Notes under the pieces: model-generated
What the model was told of the DNA's origin: nothing
Seen by the model: only the letters and a program-made list of their open reading frames with translations
The model's database searches: none
In this document: positions 38,762-47,759 of the stretch, piece by piece
Numbering within the stretch: the first letter of the stretch is position 1
How the letters are laid out: each line of letters begins with the position of its first letter
Origin: an uncultured Ruficoccus sp.
GTDB lineage: Bacteria; Verrucomicrobiota; Verrucomicrobiia; Opitutales; Cerasicoccaceae
Length of the DNA: 54,021 nucleotides
Reading direction: 5' to 3'
Assembly: GCA_965140785.1 (NCBI GenBank)
Contig: OZ223503.1
Coordinates: forward strand, 1 to 54,021
Translations under genes and position numbers: made by a program

Positions 38762-41077
38762 TCAGTAAGTTTGGTAGTTGATGATGATGTCCACGTCGGA
38801 GAGAGAGGCGACGGGCACATCCTCGACGATAGTTTCATGAGCCCCGCCGCTGGAGCGCTGCACGTCCAGGCTGGAGCCGTCCGGCAGGAGACGGATGCGC
38901 CGACGGGTGGCCGTCTGCGTGCCGCTGGCCGGGTAAAGCTGGCCGTCCACGATGACAGAGGTGACTACGGCATTAGCGGGCAGGATGTCACCCCCGCGAA
39001 TCAGGTACATCGCGCTAGAGGCATCGGCGCTTCGCACTCGCAAAAAGGCGGTGTGATTCGGCGCTGTCCATGTCGCACCTGTTTCGGACAAAACACCATC
39101 ATAGGCGCTTGGGCTGGCGTCATGCAGCTGGGAGCCAATGCGGGAATCCTGCGCGGCGGAGAAGGCGGCCAATGCGCCGAGCTGGGTAATCTTGAGGTTT
39201 CGAATCGCGGCCCAGTCGGTATCGTTGCCTGTGTAGGCGTTTTGCCCTGCACTACGCAGATATACGTATGCATTAGCTGAAGTGAAGGTGGAGGCATCTA
39301 TCACCCACATGAGGGTTACCCATTCGTCGGTCGCAGTGACGACATCGAAACGAGTTGAGCCACGAATGGCTAAGCCCAAGTTGTCCACCACCGTGTTGGA
39401 GGAGGGGAAATAATAGTCAATGGAGACTAGAAACAGACCCGAAGTTGCAGTAAAGGGGCTGAATGGAACAAAGTTTAACAGGTGACCGCCCGTCGAAGTA
39501 TCGGAGGTAAGCACCAGCGCGTCATCCACCCCGTCAACGGTCTGGCCCGGATTTGTGGTAAGTCCGGAGGTTCCCCACCCGTCCAGGCCCGCGCTCCAGT
39601 CCGAGCTGTAGATGCCGCCGGGCGACCCCGCCCAACGATAGATTGGTGGCACCCTCGGCCATGTGGGTTGGGGAGTATAGATGGCAGCTATTTCAGAGGC
39701 CGAAAGAGCGAGGTTGAAAACGGCGACGTGCTTAAAATAGCCGGTCCAGAATTGCTCTAGGCCTTCGAGCGAGGTTTCGCGTACGCCGATGTAACGAATC
39801 GCCGGGTAATCCGTGGTGTCGGCGGATGTATCCACACTGCTCACCAATGCCCCATCGACATATAGCTTTACTAACCCGCTGTCCCCACTCACAGCTACGC
39901 GATGGAATTTTGCATCATTGATGCTGTGGTTGCCTAAAGAAAAGGTCGGTCCCCCTATGTTGTAAACGAGCCACTGGCCGCTTGAGGGCTGATAGTTTAT
40001 GGATAAGCCACCTGGGCCCTCCACTCCGCCACACAGGCTATACCGGTTGGTTGAGGCGGCGGAACCTGCGTACTGCACCTCAGCGGCGAAGGTCCATTGC
40101 TCTCCGGCTGGCACGGGGTTGGGCAAGGCGATGTAGCCGCTCACGCCGTCCAGGTACAGGGACGCGCCGAAGGGCTTGGCGGCCAGCTCGTCGGTCTCGG
40201 CCTTGCTGTAAATATCGAGTTGTTCACGGGCCGTCGAGGGACTGGGTAAATCAGCAAGGTTACTGGCTGCGCGCAGATAGCGGGCGTCCCCGATGCGTCG
40301 GTTGAGCGCATCCGCCTCAGCGCTAGCATCACCGACCTGTGTCAGGCGATTGTCATGAAAATCCACGACACCATCAGTGCTGACGTTCAGTCCGGCGAAG
40401 GTCGGAGTAGCCGTCTCACCCAAACCGAGGTTTTCGCGGGCAGCGGTGGTATCGGACAGGTCGGCAAGATTATTGCTCAGTTGCAGGAAGCGGGCGTCAG
40501 CTTCGTCGGTATTGTAGAAAGTTTCCGGCGCGTTGCTTTCCGGGGAGGCCGACTGACTGAGACCGCCACCGAGCACACGAATGGGACCGGCACACACGGT
40601 ACGGGTCAGACCGGGGCTGTCGTTGGTGGTAATGGCGATGGTCAGCCAACGGTCGCCGGCGGCGATGTTGCTCTCGGCTGCGCTCAGCGAAATCAAGGCG
40701 TGGCAGTGCTCTGGATCCCGGGAATTCCAGTTGGTTTCAGTCAGGCCTGTGTTCAAGTCTGACGCGGCAATGGTTTTGCTTCGGATCGGCGTCAGGCTCA
40801 GGTCGGGGCCTCGCAGGTCGTAGTTGTCGGCGTCGTCGTCCTCGGCGAAGCGTTCGATCAGTTCCGCGTCCAGCGGCTTGATCTCCAGCGTCACGCTGGC
40901 GATGCCGGAGAGGTCCTGCAGGGTGCCGTTATTAAAGAAACCGATCTCGAACTGTATGTCGTCGCCTGCGCGGAATTTTGGGCGATAGTCCTCGTCGGCG
41001 CGCAGGACATCGTTAAAAGCTTCGAAGCGGAACAGGTCCGCCGCGATGCGGATGCGGGTCTTGGGAATGGTACTCAT
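38762..41077 (-). CDS. Fibre/receptor-binding protein with LamG (concanavalin-like) domain
   Basis: N-terminal Ig/BppU-like segment; fibre repeats NNLADLSDTTAARENLGL and SNLADLPSPSTAREQLDIY; LamG motifs LYLDGVSGYI, FHRVAV, LYVDG, VFNLALSASEI. Confidence 0.7.
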   Translation of the reverse strand: MSTIPKTRIRIAADLFRFEAFNDVLRADEDYRPKFRAGDDIQFEIGFFNNGTLQDLSGIASVTLEIKPLDAELIERFAEDDDADNYDLRGPDLSLTPIRSKTIAASDLNTGLTETNWNSRDPEHCHALISLSAAESNIAAGDRWLTIAITTNDSPGLTRTVCAGPIRVLGGGLSQSASPESNAPETFYNTDEADARFLQLSNNLADLSDTTAARENLGLGETATPTFAGLNVSTDGVVDFHDNRLTQVGDASAEADALNRRIGDARYLRAASNLADLPSPSTAREQLDIYSKAETDELAAKPFGASLYLDGVSGYIALPNPVPAGEQWTFAAEVQYAGSAASTNRYSLCGGVEGPGGLSINYQPSSGQWLVYNIGGPTFSLGNHSINDAKFHRVAVSGDSGLVKLYVDGALVSSVDTSADTTDYPAIRYIGVRETSLEGLEQFWTGYFKHVAVFNLALSASEIAAIYTPQPTWPRVPPIYRWAGSPGGIYSSDWSAGLDGWGTSGLTTNPGQTVDGVDDALVLTSDTSTGGHLLNFVPFSPFTATSGLFLVSIDYYFPSSNTVVDNLGLAIRGSTRFDVVTATDEWVTLMWVIDASTFTSANAYVYLRSAGQNAYTGNDTDWAAIRNLKITQLGALAAFSAAQDSRIGSQLHDASPSAYDGVLSETGATWTAPNHTAFLRVRSADASSAMYLIRGGDILPANAVVTSVIVDGQLYPASGTQTATRRRIRLLPDGSSLDVQRSSGGAHETIVEDVPVASLSDVDIIINYQTY

Positions 41078-41133
41078 CGTGGATGGCGGTAAAGGGTTGG
41101 AAAAGGATGGGCGGACGCTGTCCGTATAAAAAG

Positions 41134-41595
41134 TTAAAGCCCGCTCAACTGGTCGCCGCTGAGACGGATGGAGCGCTTGCGGGCGACCTCCAGGCCGAAC
41201 TCGGTGCGGACCTCCGGGCTTTTCTGGGGATTAGTGGGGACGCGGACGGGCAGCTTGCCGTCGCGGATGCGGTCGAGGACATCCTCGGCCTCGTCGATCT
41301 CGTCCTCCTGCGATTCGCTCAGGAGAAAGCCCCGGATCTTGCCGCGCAGCTCGGCCATGGCCATTAGGCAGGCGGTGCGCTTGAGCTCCGGGGGGATCGT
41401 GGTCTCGTCCTCGGCGAGGATATTCGTCTCCTGGCTGCGGATGTCGGCCCGGATGCGGCTGACGGTCTGCTCCAGGATGGGCGCGAGCGGGTCGCCGCTG
41501 CCGCCGCGGTTCGGGCGGGTCAGGAGCGTCTCGACCTGGGCGGTGCTCAGGTAGGCGCGCAGATCGGCCTCGGTGATGGGTATCCAGTTTGTCAT
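41134..41595 (-). CDS. Mu gp36-like head-tail adaptor (DUF1320-like)
   Basis: WIPITEADL, IPPELKRTAC and LDRIRDGK motifs; positioned after the major capsid gene. Confidence 0.65.
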   Translation of the reverse strand: MTNWIPITEADLRAYLSTAQVETLLTRPNRGGSGDPLAPILEQTVSRIRADIRSQETNILAEDETTIPPELKRTACLMAMAELRGKIRGFLLSESQEDEIDEAEDVLDRIRDGKLPVRVPTNPQKSPEVRTEFGLEVARKRSIRLSGDQLSGL

Positions 41596-41616
41596 GACAA
41601 AATAAAAAGAGTAAAT

Positions 41617-41648
41617 GGAAGGGCGGGGGAGTGGCCGCCCGCCCTTCC
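41617..41648 (-). terminator. Hairpin/terminator after the major capsid gene
   Basis: 11-bp stem GGAAGGGCGGG / CCCGCCCTTCC followed by a T-rich tract on the minus strand. Confidence 0.55.
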
Positions 41649-41664
41649 TGGATGGCGGGAGGGG

Positions 41665-42606
41665 TTAGGAGGCGCTGACGGCGAGCTTGCGCATGCCGAG
41701 GGCGCTGGTGGCGATGACGGTGCTGTAGTGTTCGACGGTGAGGTCGGTGTACTTGGCGGATTCTTCCACATAGACGCGGAAGTTGCCGCCGCCGTCCACC
41801 GGCGTGACGAAGCGCTTCAGGTTCGAGGGCTCGTCCTTGGTCACGGCGTTCTGCTCGAAGAAGGCATAGACGGCGTTGCCGACCAGGCCGGTCTTTTCGC
41901 TGGCGCTACTCTGGTAGCGGGCTCCGGCGATGCGTACACCCTCGACGAAGAGCTTGCGGGCCAGGCTCTGCGGATCGAGCGCGAGCGAGCGGAAGGCCCC
42001 GGCGTTGTCCTGCGCCTCGTAGGCGGCGGCACGCAGGTCCCAGGCGCCTTCGCCGACGAGGAGGCGGTTCGGGCGCACGCCACTCTCGTCGGTGGCGTCG
42101 ATCAAGGCCGCGCGGATGTCCGCGTCCGGCGTGCCGGTCTCGTCCCAGGTATGGCTGGTGGACGAGGCGGCGGCGTCGAGCGCGCCGATGGCGCGGCGCA
42201 GGTCGTTGCGCAGCAGGCGCTGGAGCAGGATCTGCACGTAGCGCTCCTGCCAGTCGTCGCCGTAAACCTCGTCGTGGTCGATGCGCATGGTCAGGCCCTT
42301 GTTCAGCGTCTTGGCGTTGACGGAGTCGCCGGAGTACTCGACGCGCTTGAAGGCGCTGCCGATGGCGCGCACGTCGTCGGCCTCGGAGAAAAAGGCCTCG
42401 GCGTTGGTGGCGCGCTTGAACTCGAAGCGCCGGCCCACATTGACGCGGGGGGCGACGAATTCGAGCAGCTCGTCGAGGTTCTCGGGGTCCTTCCAGCCGA
42501 CGGTGAAGGCCGTCAGCGGCTCGGAGTAATGGGTGGCGTTAAAGCGGCTCTCATTGGCGGCTGCGATCTCGCCGGGGCGGGAGGTGTCAAGTTTCTCGGT
42601 GTTCAT
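41665..42606 (-). CDS. Major capsid protein (HK97-fold, inferred)
   Basis: 313 aa from ATG at 42606; APRVNVGRRFEF, PDADIRAAL, GVRPNRLLVG; position after protease and cement genes. Confidence 0.75.
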   Translation of the reverse strand: MNTEKLDTSRPGEIAAANESRFNATHYSEPLTAFTVGWKDPENLDELLEFVAPRVNVGRRFEFKRATNAEAFFSEADDVRAIGSAFKRVEYSGDSVNAKTLNKGLTMRIDHDEVYGDDWQERYVQILLQRLLRNDLRRAIGALDAAASSTSHTWDETGTPDADIRAALIDATDESGVRPNRLLVGEGAWDLRAAAYEAQDNAGAFRSLALDPQSLARKLFVEGVRIAGARYQSSASEKTGLVGNAVYAFFEQNAVTKDEPSNLKRFVTPVDGGGNFRVYVEESAKYTDLTVEHYSTVIATSALGMRKLAVSAS

Positions 42607-42646
42607 ATGTGAATCGAAGTTGAAGGATGATTGTCGTGATGGATGA

Positions 42647-43186
42647 CTACGCGATAGGCAGCACGCGGACTTTGTCCGGAGCCTGCTCCAGGACGGCGGC
42701 CAGGCTGACCACGTCCGTGTTGCCGTTGCCGGAGAACGCGTCCATGACGATGAGCTTACGCGGTGCGCACGGCTCGACCTCCAGGACGGCGTTGTCGCCA
42801 GTGGCGGCGGTGACGGCGCGGCCCACCTGGTAGTAGGTGCCGGTGGCGGCGGGTTGGTCCTGAACCTTGCCGCCAGCGGCGGTGTACACGTCCTCGCCTG
42901 CTGAAATGGCCTCGGATGCGACCATAAGCACGGTCGAGGGCGAGGTGCCCAGAAGGTTGATGTTGACCGGGTCGCCGGGCGCGCCGGCGTCGGTGATGAC
43001 GCCCAGCGGGCTGTCACTGGCACTGCAGGGGCTGACCTGGCTGGCAGAGCCGCCGATCTTGCCAAGCAGATGGCGGACGGAGACGGCGCTTTCCAGCGTG
43101 CGGGTGATCAGGCCCGCGTGAATGCCCTCGGCGGTATTGGAGAACACCGGGCGGGCGCGGAATAATTGTTTGATAAAACGAATCAT
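42647..43186 (-). CDS. Capsid cement/decoration protein (DUF2190-like)
   Basis: PLGVITD, MVASEAISAGEDVYTAAGGKV, VGRAVTAA..D..VLEV. Confidence 0.75.
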   Translation of the reverse strand: MIRFIKQLFRARPVFSNTAEGIHAGLITRTLESAVSVRHLLGKIGGSASQVSPCSASDSPLGVITDAGAPGDPVNINLLGTSPSTVLMVASEAISAGEDVYTAAGGKVQDQPAATGTYYQVGRAVTAATGDNAVLEVEPCAPRKLIVMDAFSGNGNTDVVSLAAVLEQAPDKVRVLPIA

Positions 43187-43275
43187 GATGGATGGTTGTT
43201 GGTAGTTATGGATGAGTTCTGCCGGAGGAATCCGGGGTGGAGATAAACCAGAGTGTCGTGAAAAATTGAATACGT

Positions 43276-44403
43276 TCAGATGAGGTTGAGCTGGTCGTAG
43301 AGGTCGGGGCGGTCGCGCTTCATCGCGGACCAGGCGGTAGTGAAATCTTCGCCGGTGCTGTCGGCGCGCTCGTTGACCAGGGCGAGGAAGTCCCGGCGCT
43401 TCTGCACGAGCGGGGCGCGTCGGCCGAGTCCCTCGGTGCGGGGCTGAGTGTGCAGGGCGTGCCCGGCGTTACAGAGCTCGCGCAGCCCGGTCTCGAAGTC
43501 GGCCTCCAGCCCGCGCTCCCAGGTCTCGCGCTCATGCGGGAGGATGCGTCCGCGCAGCAGGGCGTGGTCGATGAGCAAAGAGATGCGTGCGCGCCGCTCG
43601 TTGGCGAAGTCCTCCCGCGTCTGGGTGCGGGACTTTTCGCTCTCGTTAGCGATGCGGTAAAAACGCTCGTTCTCAGCCGACAGTTCCTCGTTGGTTTCGG
43701 CCAGGGCGGCCCCCTCCTCCTCCCAGCGCTGGGCGTTGGCGACGAGTTCGCGGCAGGCGGCTTGCCAGTCGCCCTCGGGATCGACGCCGATCAGCTCCAG
43801 CACATCGAGCGCCTCGACCGGACGGACCTCGGTCGGTTCTTGATCGCGATAATCATTTGTTTCATCTTCGCCAGAGCCGCCCCCTGAGGTTACTTCGTCG
43901 TCATCGAGGGGGCGAATTTCGTTGGCAATGGCTTCGCCGGGGATGTTGGGCTGGTTGGTCAGGCCGATGGAGATGAGCCGGACCGGCTCGTACACATCGG
44001 CGTCGAGGTGCCGCATGGCCCAGCGCGGCGAGAGGAATTTATAAAAGGCGTTGCTCAGCAGTTCGCGCCCGGCCTGTGACCAACGCGGCAGGATGTAGAG
44101 GCCGTCGTCGCGGTCCTGCATGTCGGCGATCCAGGCGTAGGCACGGGTGTCGTCGTGGCCGCTTTGCCCGGCAAAGCCCGGGTCATCCGGGTGGCCGATA
44201 TAGACGGGGAGCCCGCCGAAGCGCCGCGCGAGCCGTCCGCGCAGAGACTTGAAATACTCGCACATGCGCCCGGCTGCTTCGCGGCTGAGGCGCTGGATGC
44301 CGCGCGTGTGCGGCCAGTCGCCGTAGTCGGCAAGTTTGAGCCAGCCGGTGGTGGCATTGGACCATTCCTGGGTGACGAGTGTGCTGATGGTGTCTTCTTT
44401 CAT
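43276..44403 (-). CDS. Mu gpI-like prohead protease with C-terminal scaffold
   Basis: PVYIGHP, AYAWI, W...GRELL...YKFLSP and GLTNQPNI motifs; coiled-coil tail with GRILP; ATG at 44403. Confidence 0.85.
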   Translation of the reverse strand: MKEDTISTLVTQEWSNATTGWLKLADYGDWPHTRGIQRLSREAAGRMCEYFKSLRGRLARRFGGLPVYIGHPDDPGFAGQSGHDDTRAYAWIADMQDRDDGLYILPRWSQAGRELLSNAFYKFLSPRWAMRHLDADVYEPVRLISIGLTNQPNIPGEAIANEIRPLDDDEVTSGGGSGEDETNDYRDQEPTEVRPVEALDVLELIGVDPEGDWQAACRELVANAQRWEEEGAALAETNEELSAENERFYRIANESEKSRTQTREDFANERRARISLLIDHALLRGRILPHERETWERGLEADFETGLRELCNAGHALHTQPRTEGLGRRAPLVQKRRDFLALVNERADSTGEDFTTAWSAMKRDRPDLYDQLNLI

Positions 44404-44473
44404 TTTCAGTTTTTGAAAAGTGGTTAAATAGTTGGAGTGTTCACAGTAAGGGGCAGAGGTCTTACTTGTTCGT

Positions 44474-45691
44474 TTATTGTCCGCTGAGCGGAGCGTCGCT
44501 TTTGCCAAGCAGGCGGCGGACGAACTGGTTGATGACCTTGGGGATGACGGTGCTGATGAGGTCGCGGGCGGTGTCGAGTTCCTCGGCGGAGAGGCCGCTC
44601 TCCTTGTGGCGGATAATGACCCGTGCGCGTGGCTGTTCGGTCTTGAAAAGGTAGCGCAGGACGGGGCGGTCCACCTGAGTGTGAAGAGTGCCGGCAATGT
44701 GCTCGGCGTCCTCGCGCTCGATCAGGGCGGTCTCCTTGCCCTGGAGCGAAATACCCGCCCCGGAGTCGGCGACTGTGCCCATGCTGCTACCGCGCCAGAG
44801 GGTGGCGATGGCCTTGTCCATGCGGTCCACGAGCGCGGGGTAGGGAAGCTCGCCGGTGCCGCGCAGGTCGATGGCCTCGATCTCGGTGCCGCGCGACATG
44901 AGCGCGTGAAACTCCGCGCCGAAGTCCCGCACGGCCTCGCGGGCTGCCTCCCACTCGGGGGTGTCGGGGGCGGCATCGGTTACCCCACGCACGCCGGGCA
45001 TGCCGTTGCGCTCGCAGTACACGAGCCAGTCGCGCAGAGGCAGGTGCTTGAACAGGTAGGCGATGGCGGTCGCCTCCATCAGCCCGTCGCCGGTGGTGAT
45101 GAGCCAGCCGTCCCGCTCCAGCGAGCGACCCTCGACAGCGGTTTCGCTCTCAAGGAAGCGCAGCCGCCCGGTGCGGTTTTCCATGAACCACAGCGGCACG
45201 AATCGGAACTGCGCGGTCAGCAATGTCGCGGGCAGGGGCGGGTTGTCGCCGTCCGGGCCGCCGCTCGTGCGGACTGGTTGCCAGACGATTTCGTGGACGG
45301 CGTAACGCTTGCCGACGGCGTCCATCATCTGGCGCACGAGCAGGGAAAAACCGCCGGATTCATTCAGGTCGCAGGCATGGGCGGCGGTCAGTTGCCGGTA
45401 GAAGAACTTCAGCGCGGCGGCGTGGCGGCGCGCCTCTTCGGAATCGTCGAAGGTCTCGATCTCCCAGCCGAAGCGTCCGACGGCTTTCTTGCGCTTGGTG
45501 GCGACGGCCTTGACCAGGTCGTCGCGCTGTTCGATCGCCTCCCAGGCCAGAGCGGCCTGGCGCATCTCTCCGGCGTGGAAAGCATCGAGCATGCGGGTCA
45601 GCGTGTCCGGTGTCAGGTGCCGGATCGGGTTAAAGCGGGCGCGCCGCGAAGTGCGGGCGCGGTCGGTCGGGATGAGGGAGGCGGTTTTCAT
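44474..45691 (-). CDS. Portal protein, Mu gp29-like (DUF935)
   Basis: LTP..L..ML, KRKKAV, MMDAVGKRYAVHEIVW, DWLVYCERNGMP. Confidence 0.85.
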   Translation of the reverse strand: MKTASLIPTDRARTSRRARFNPIRHLTPDTLTRMLDAFHAGEMRQAALAWEAIEQRDDLVKAVATKRKKAVGRFGWEIETFDDSEEARRHAAALKFFYRQLTAAHACDLNESGGFSLLVRQMMDAVGKRYAVHEIVWQPVRTSGGPDGDNPPLPATLLTAQFRFVPLWFMENRTGRLRFLESETAVEGRSLERDGWLITTGDGLMEATAIAYLFKHLPLRDWLVYCERNGMPGVRGVTDAAPDTPEWEAAREAVRDFGAEFHALMSRGTEIEAIDLRGTGELPYPALVDRMDKAIATLWRGSSMGTVADSGAGISLQGKETALIEREDAEHIAGTLHTQVDRPVLRYLFKTEQPRARVIIRHKESGLSAEELDTARDLISTVIPKVINQFVRRLLGKSDAPLSGQ

Positions 45692-45724
45692 GGAGGTGGC
45701 GGTGTGTATTGAAGATTGGATACG

Positions 45725-47170
45725 TTAGCGGGTGCGGGAAGCGGCGTTGAGGGATTCGTAGTGGGAGCGGGCGGCGGGCCGGCGCCCGGCCTGGAGCGCC
45801 AGCGCCAACGCCCAGAAGCGGTCGGCGTGGCCGTTGGCGCCGCGTTCGGCGCAGAAGCGGATGTTCCCGCTGGCGGTGGCTTCCTTTTTGACCGCGCGCA
45901 GGTCGGCGCGGATTTTTTTATCCGGCGGGATGCGCAGGGTGCGGTTCTCGAAGGCGCTGCGCACGGGGTAGGCGAGCGATTCCTTGAGCCCGGCGGTGAA
46001 GGTCACGCCCTCAATGCGGTAGCCGCCGTAGCGGGCGGCGGCGCGCTCGGCGAACTGCCGCCCGAGACCGCTCTGGTCGATGCAAGCGCGGCGCAGAGTG
46101 GGCAGCGAGAGAAAGGCGTCGAGCACCTCCTCCTGCTGTGCGAAGGGCGTGCGCTCGAGCGTGGTGATATTACGGGTGAGGAAAAGGTCGTTGATGCGCT
46201 CGACCAGCCAAAAAACGGACAGGTCGTGCTCGCGCCCGATGTCCACGCCCAGGAACAGGTCGTGCGCCAGGCGCAGGTCGCGGCCCTCGTCGGGGGCATT
46301 GAGCGAAATCTCCCACTCGTCGTGGGCGGCATATTCGCACTCGCTGATCAGCTCCCAGGTGAGAAAGGCGGTCGTGTCGTCGGCGGGGCGGCAACAGTAC
46401 TCCTGGTTAAAACTTTCCTCGTCGGCACAGGAGGTACGGATGAAATCGTAGTAGGCGGCCTCGTCCATCTGGCTGCGCGGATCTTCGGGCGGGAGCTTTT
46501 CCTTGAGCTTTTGCAAAAAGCCCTGGTCGAGCGCGTCCTGGAGGGTGACGCGGTGGTGCGAGAAGCCCTTCGGGTTGCCCTGCTCGGTGATTTCGCGGAT
46601 GAGCTGATTGAAGAAATTGTTCGAGCCACGGTGGGTGGAAACGATCTCCAACTGGCCGCCCCAGGTGATGCCGGGGTAGGCGATGGCGTAGAGCTGGCGC
46701 GGGTCGGGATGGAGCGCGAACTCGTCCAGCAGGCGCGTGCCTCGCTTACCGGCCTGGGCGTCGGCATTGCTGGAGAGGCAGTGCAGGCGACGGCCATTGG
46801 CGAACTCCAGCGCAAAGGCCGAGCCGCGCCCTTCGTCGATAACGGTGCAGCCGAGGTCGCCGGCGGCGCGGTGCAGGATACCGGCGAAGGCCTTGGCGTC
46901 CTCCAGAAAAAGCCGGGCCTGTGTCTCGTCCCGGGAGGATATCCAGGTGTCCAGCCGGGCATCGGTTCGGGCCTGCTCGCGCACCAGCCGGTAGGCGCTG
47001 GTCCAGGACATGCCGATCTGGCGCGACTTTTCCATGAGCTTGAGCCGCGAGCGGTCCTCGATCCACTTGCGCTGATAGGGCAGGAAGAACGGTAGCGGCT
47101 CACCCTTGGAAACGGGCATGGCAGTGCTTGGCCGGCTGTCGGCGGGGGCTGTTTGCTGGGCGGCGGTCAT
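45725..47170 (-). CDS. Terminase large subunit, Mu gp28-like
   Basis: FLPYQRKW, KSRQIGMSW, LLDEFA, IVST, LGVDIGREHD, IDQSGLG, HADRFWALALA. Confidence 0.93.
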   Translation of the reverse strand: MTAAQQTAPADSRPSTAMPVSKGEPLPFFLPYQRKWIEDRSRLKLMEKSRQIGMSWTSAYRLVREQARTDARLDTWISSRDETQARLFLEDAKAFAGILHRAAGDLGCTVIDEGRGSAFALEFANGRRLHCLSSNADAQAGKRGTRLLDEFALHPDPRQLYAIAYPGITWGGQLEIVSTHRGSNNFFNQLIREITEQGNPKGFSHHRVTLQDALDQGFLQKLKEKLPPEDPRSQMDEAAYYDFIRTSCADEESFNQEYCCRPADDTTAFLTWELISECEYAAHDEWEISLNAPDEGRDLRLAHDLFLGVDIGREHDLSVFWLVERINDLFLTRNITTLERTPFAQQEEVLDAFLSLPTLRRACIDQSGLGRQFAERAAARYGGYRIEGVTFTAGLKESLAYPVRSAFENRTLRIPPDKKIRADLRAVKKEATASGNIRFCAERGANGHADRFWALALALQAGRRPAARSHYESLNAASRTR

Positions 47171-47745
47171 AGGAGTTTGAGCATCTGTTCGATGTCGGAA
47201 AGGGTTTCGGGGGTCAGGCCGTTGCGTTGCTCGGCTTCCTTGAGATGGTTGAGTAGCTGTTGCTTTTTCTCTTCGCGCTCGAGTCGCTCCTGCTCGTAGT
47301 CGTGAAGTTTCTTTTCAAGGCCGCTCATCTGGGTAAACGACGAGCAGAGGCGGTGAATGATGGACGAGAGCGTGTTGAGCTCGGAGATTTCTGCGGTTTG
47401 AAAGGACTGCACCAGCTCGAAGACGATTTGCCACGTGCGTTCGAGGGCGTCGCGGGCGGTCGTGTGTCCGGGGTTGTACTGTTCGAGGATTTGGTTGGTT
47501 TGCTCACGGGCGTGGGCGAGATGTTCGAGGTGGTTATGAAAGGGTTGGGGAAAGCCCATCGGTGAGGGGGCGGAGCCGGTGGCTCCGCCCGCCTCGGGGT
47601 TGGGTTGCCGGGTTTTCCTCGTCTGCCCGTGTGGATGGGCCGACTCGAGGGAACCGCCCGGCGTCGGTGTCTCACTACTGCTCTGGCTGTTCTGGTTTTT
47701 CCCTGATTCCGGTTTCCCGGAGAAAGTTTTTTGGGGTGTATTCAT
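47167..47745 (-). CDS. Putative terminase small subunit, Mu gp27-like (DUF3486-like C-terminus)
   Basis: Overlaps the large terminase start; C-terminal coiled coil ending GLTPETLSDIEQMLKLL; low-complexity N-terminus. Confidence 0.6.
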   Translation of the reverse strand: MNTPQKTFSGKPESGKNQNSQSSSETPTPGGSLESAHPHGQTRKTRQPNPEAGGATGSAPSPMGFPQPFHNHLEHLAHAREQTNQILEQYNPGHTTARDALERTWQIVFELVQSFQTAEISELNTLSSIIHRLCSSFTQMSGLEKKLHDYEQERLEREEKKQQLLNHLKEAEQRNGLTPETLSDIEQMLKLL

Positions 47746-47759
47746 TTTTAAATACACGC

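Noticed and set aside
42607..43065. N-terminal extension of the capsid ORF (466 aa in the track)
   Set aside because: Overlaps the DUF2190-like gene in another frame with R/P-rich shadow sequence; the real start is likely 42606
44404..44697. N-terminal extension of the protease ORF (473 aa in the track), or a portal-protease frameshift fusion
   Set aside because: The extension is off-frame shadow of the portal 3' end; the ATG at 44403 follows an AT-rich leader and starts the recognisable protein
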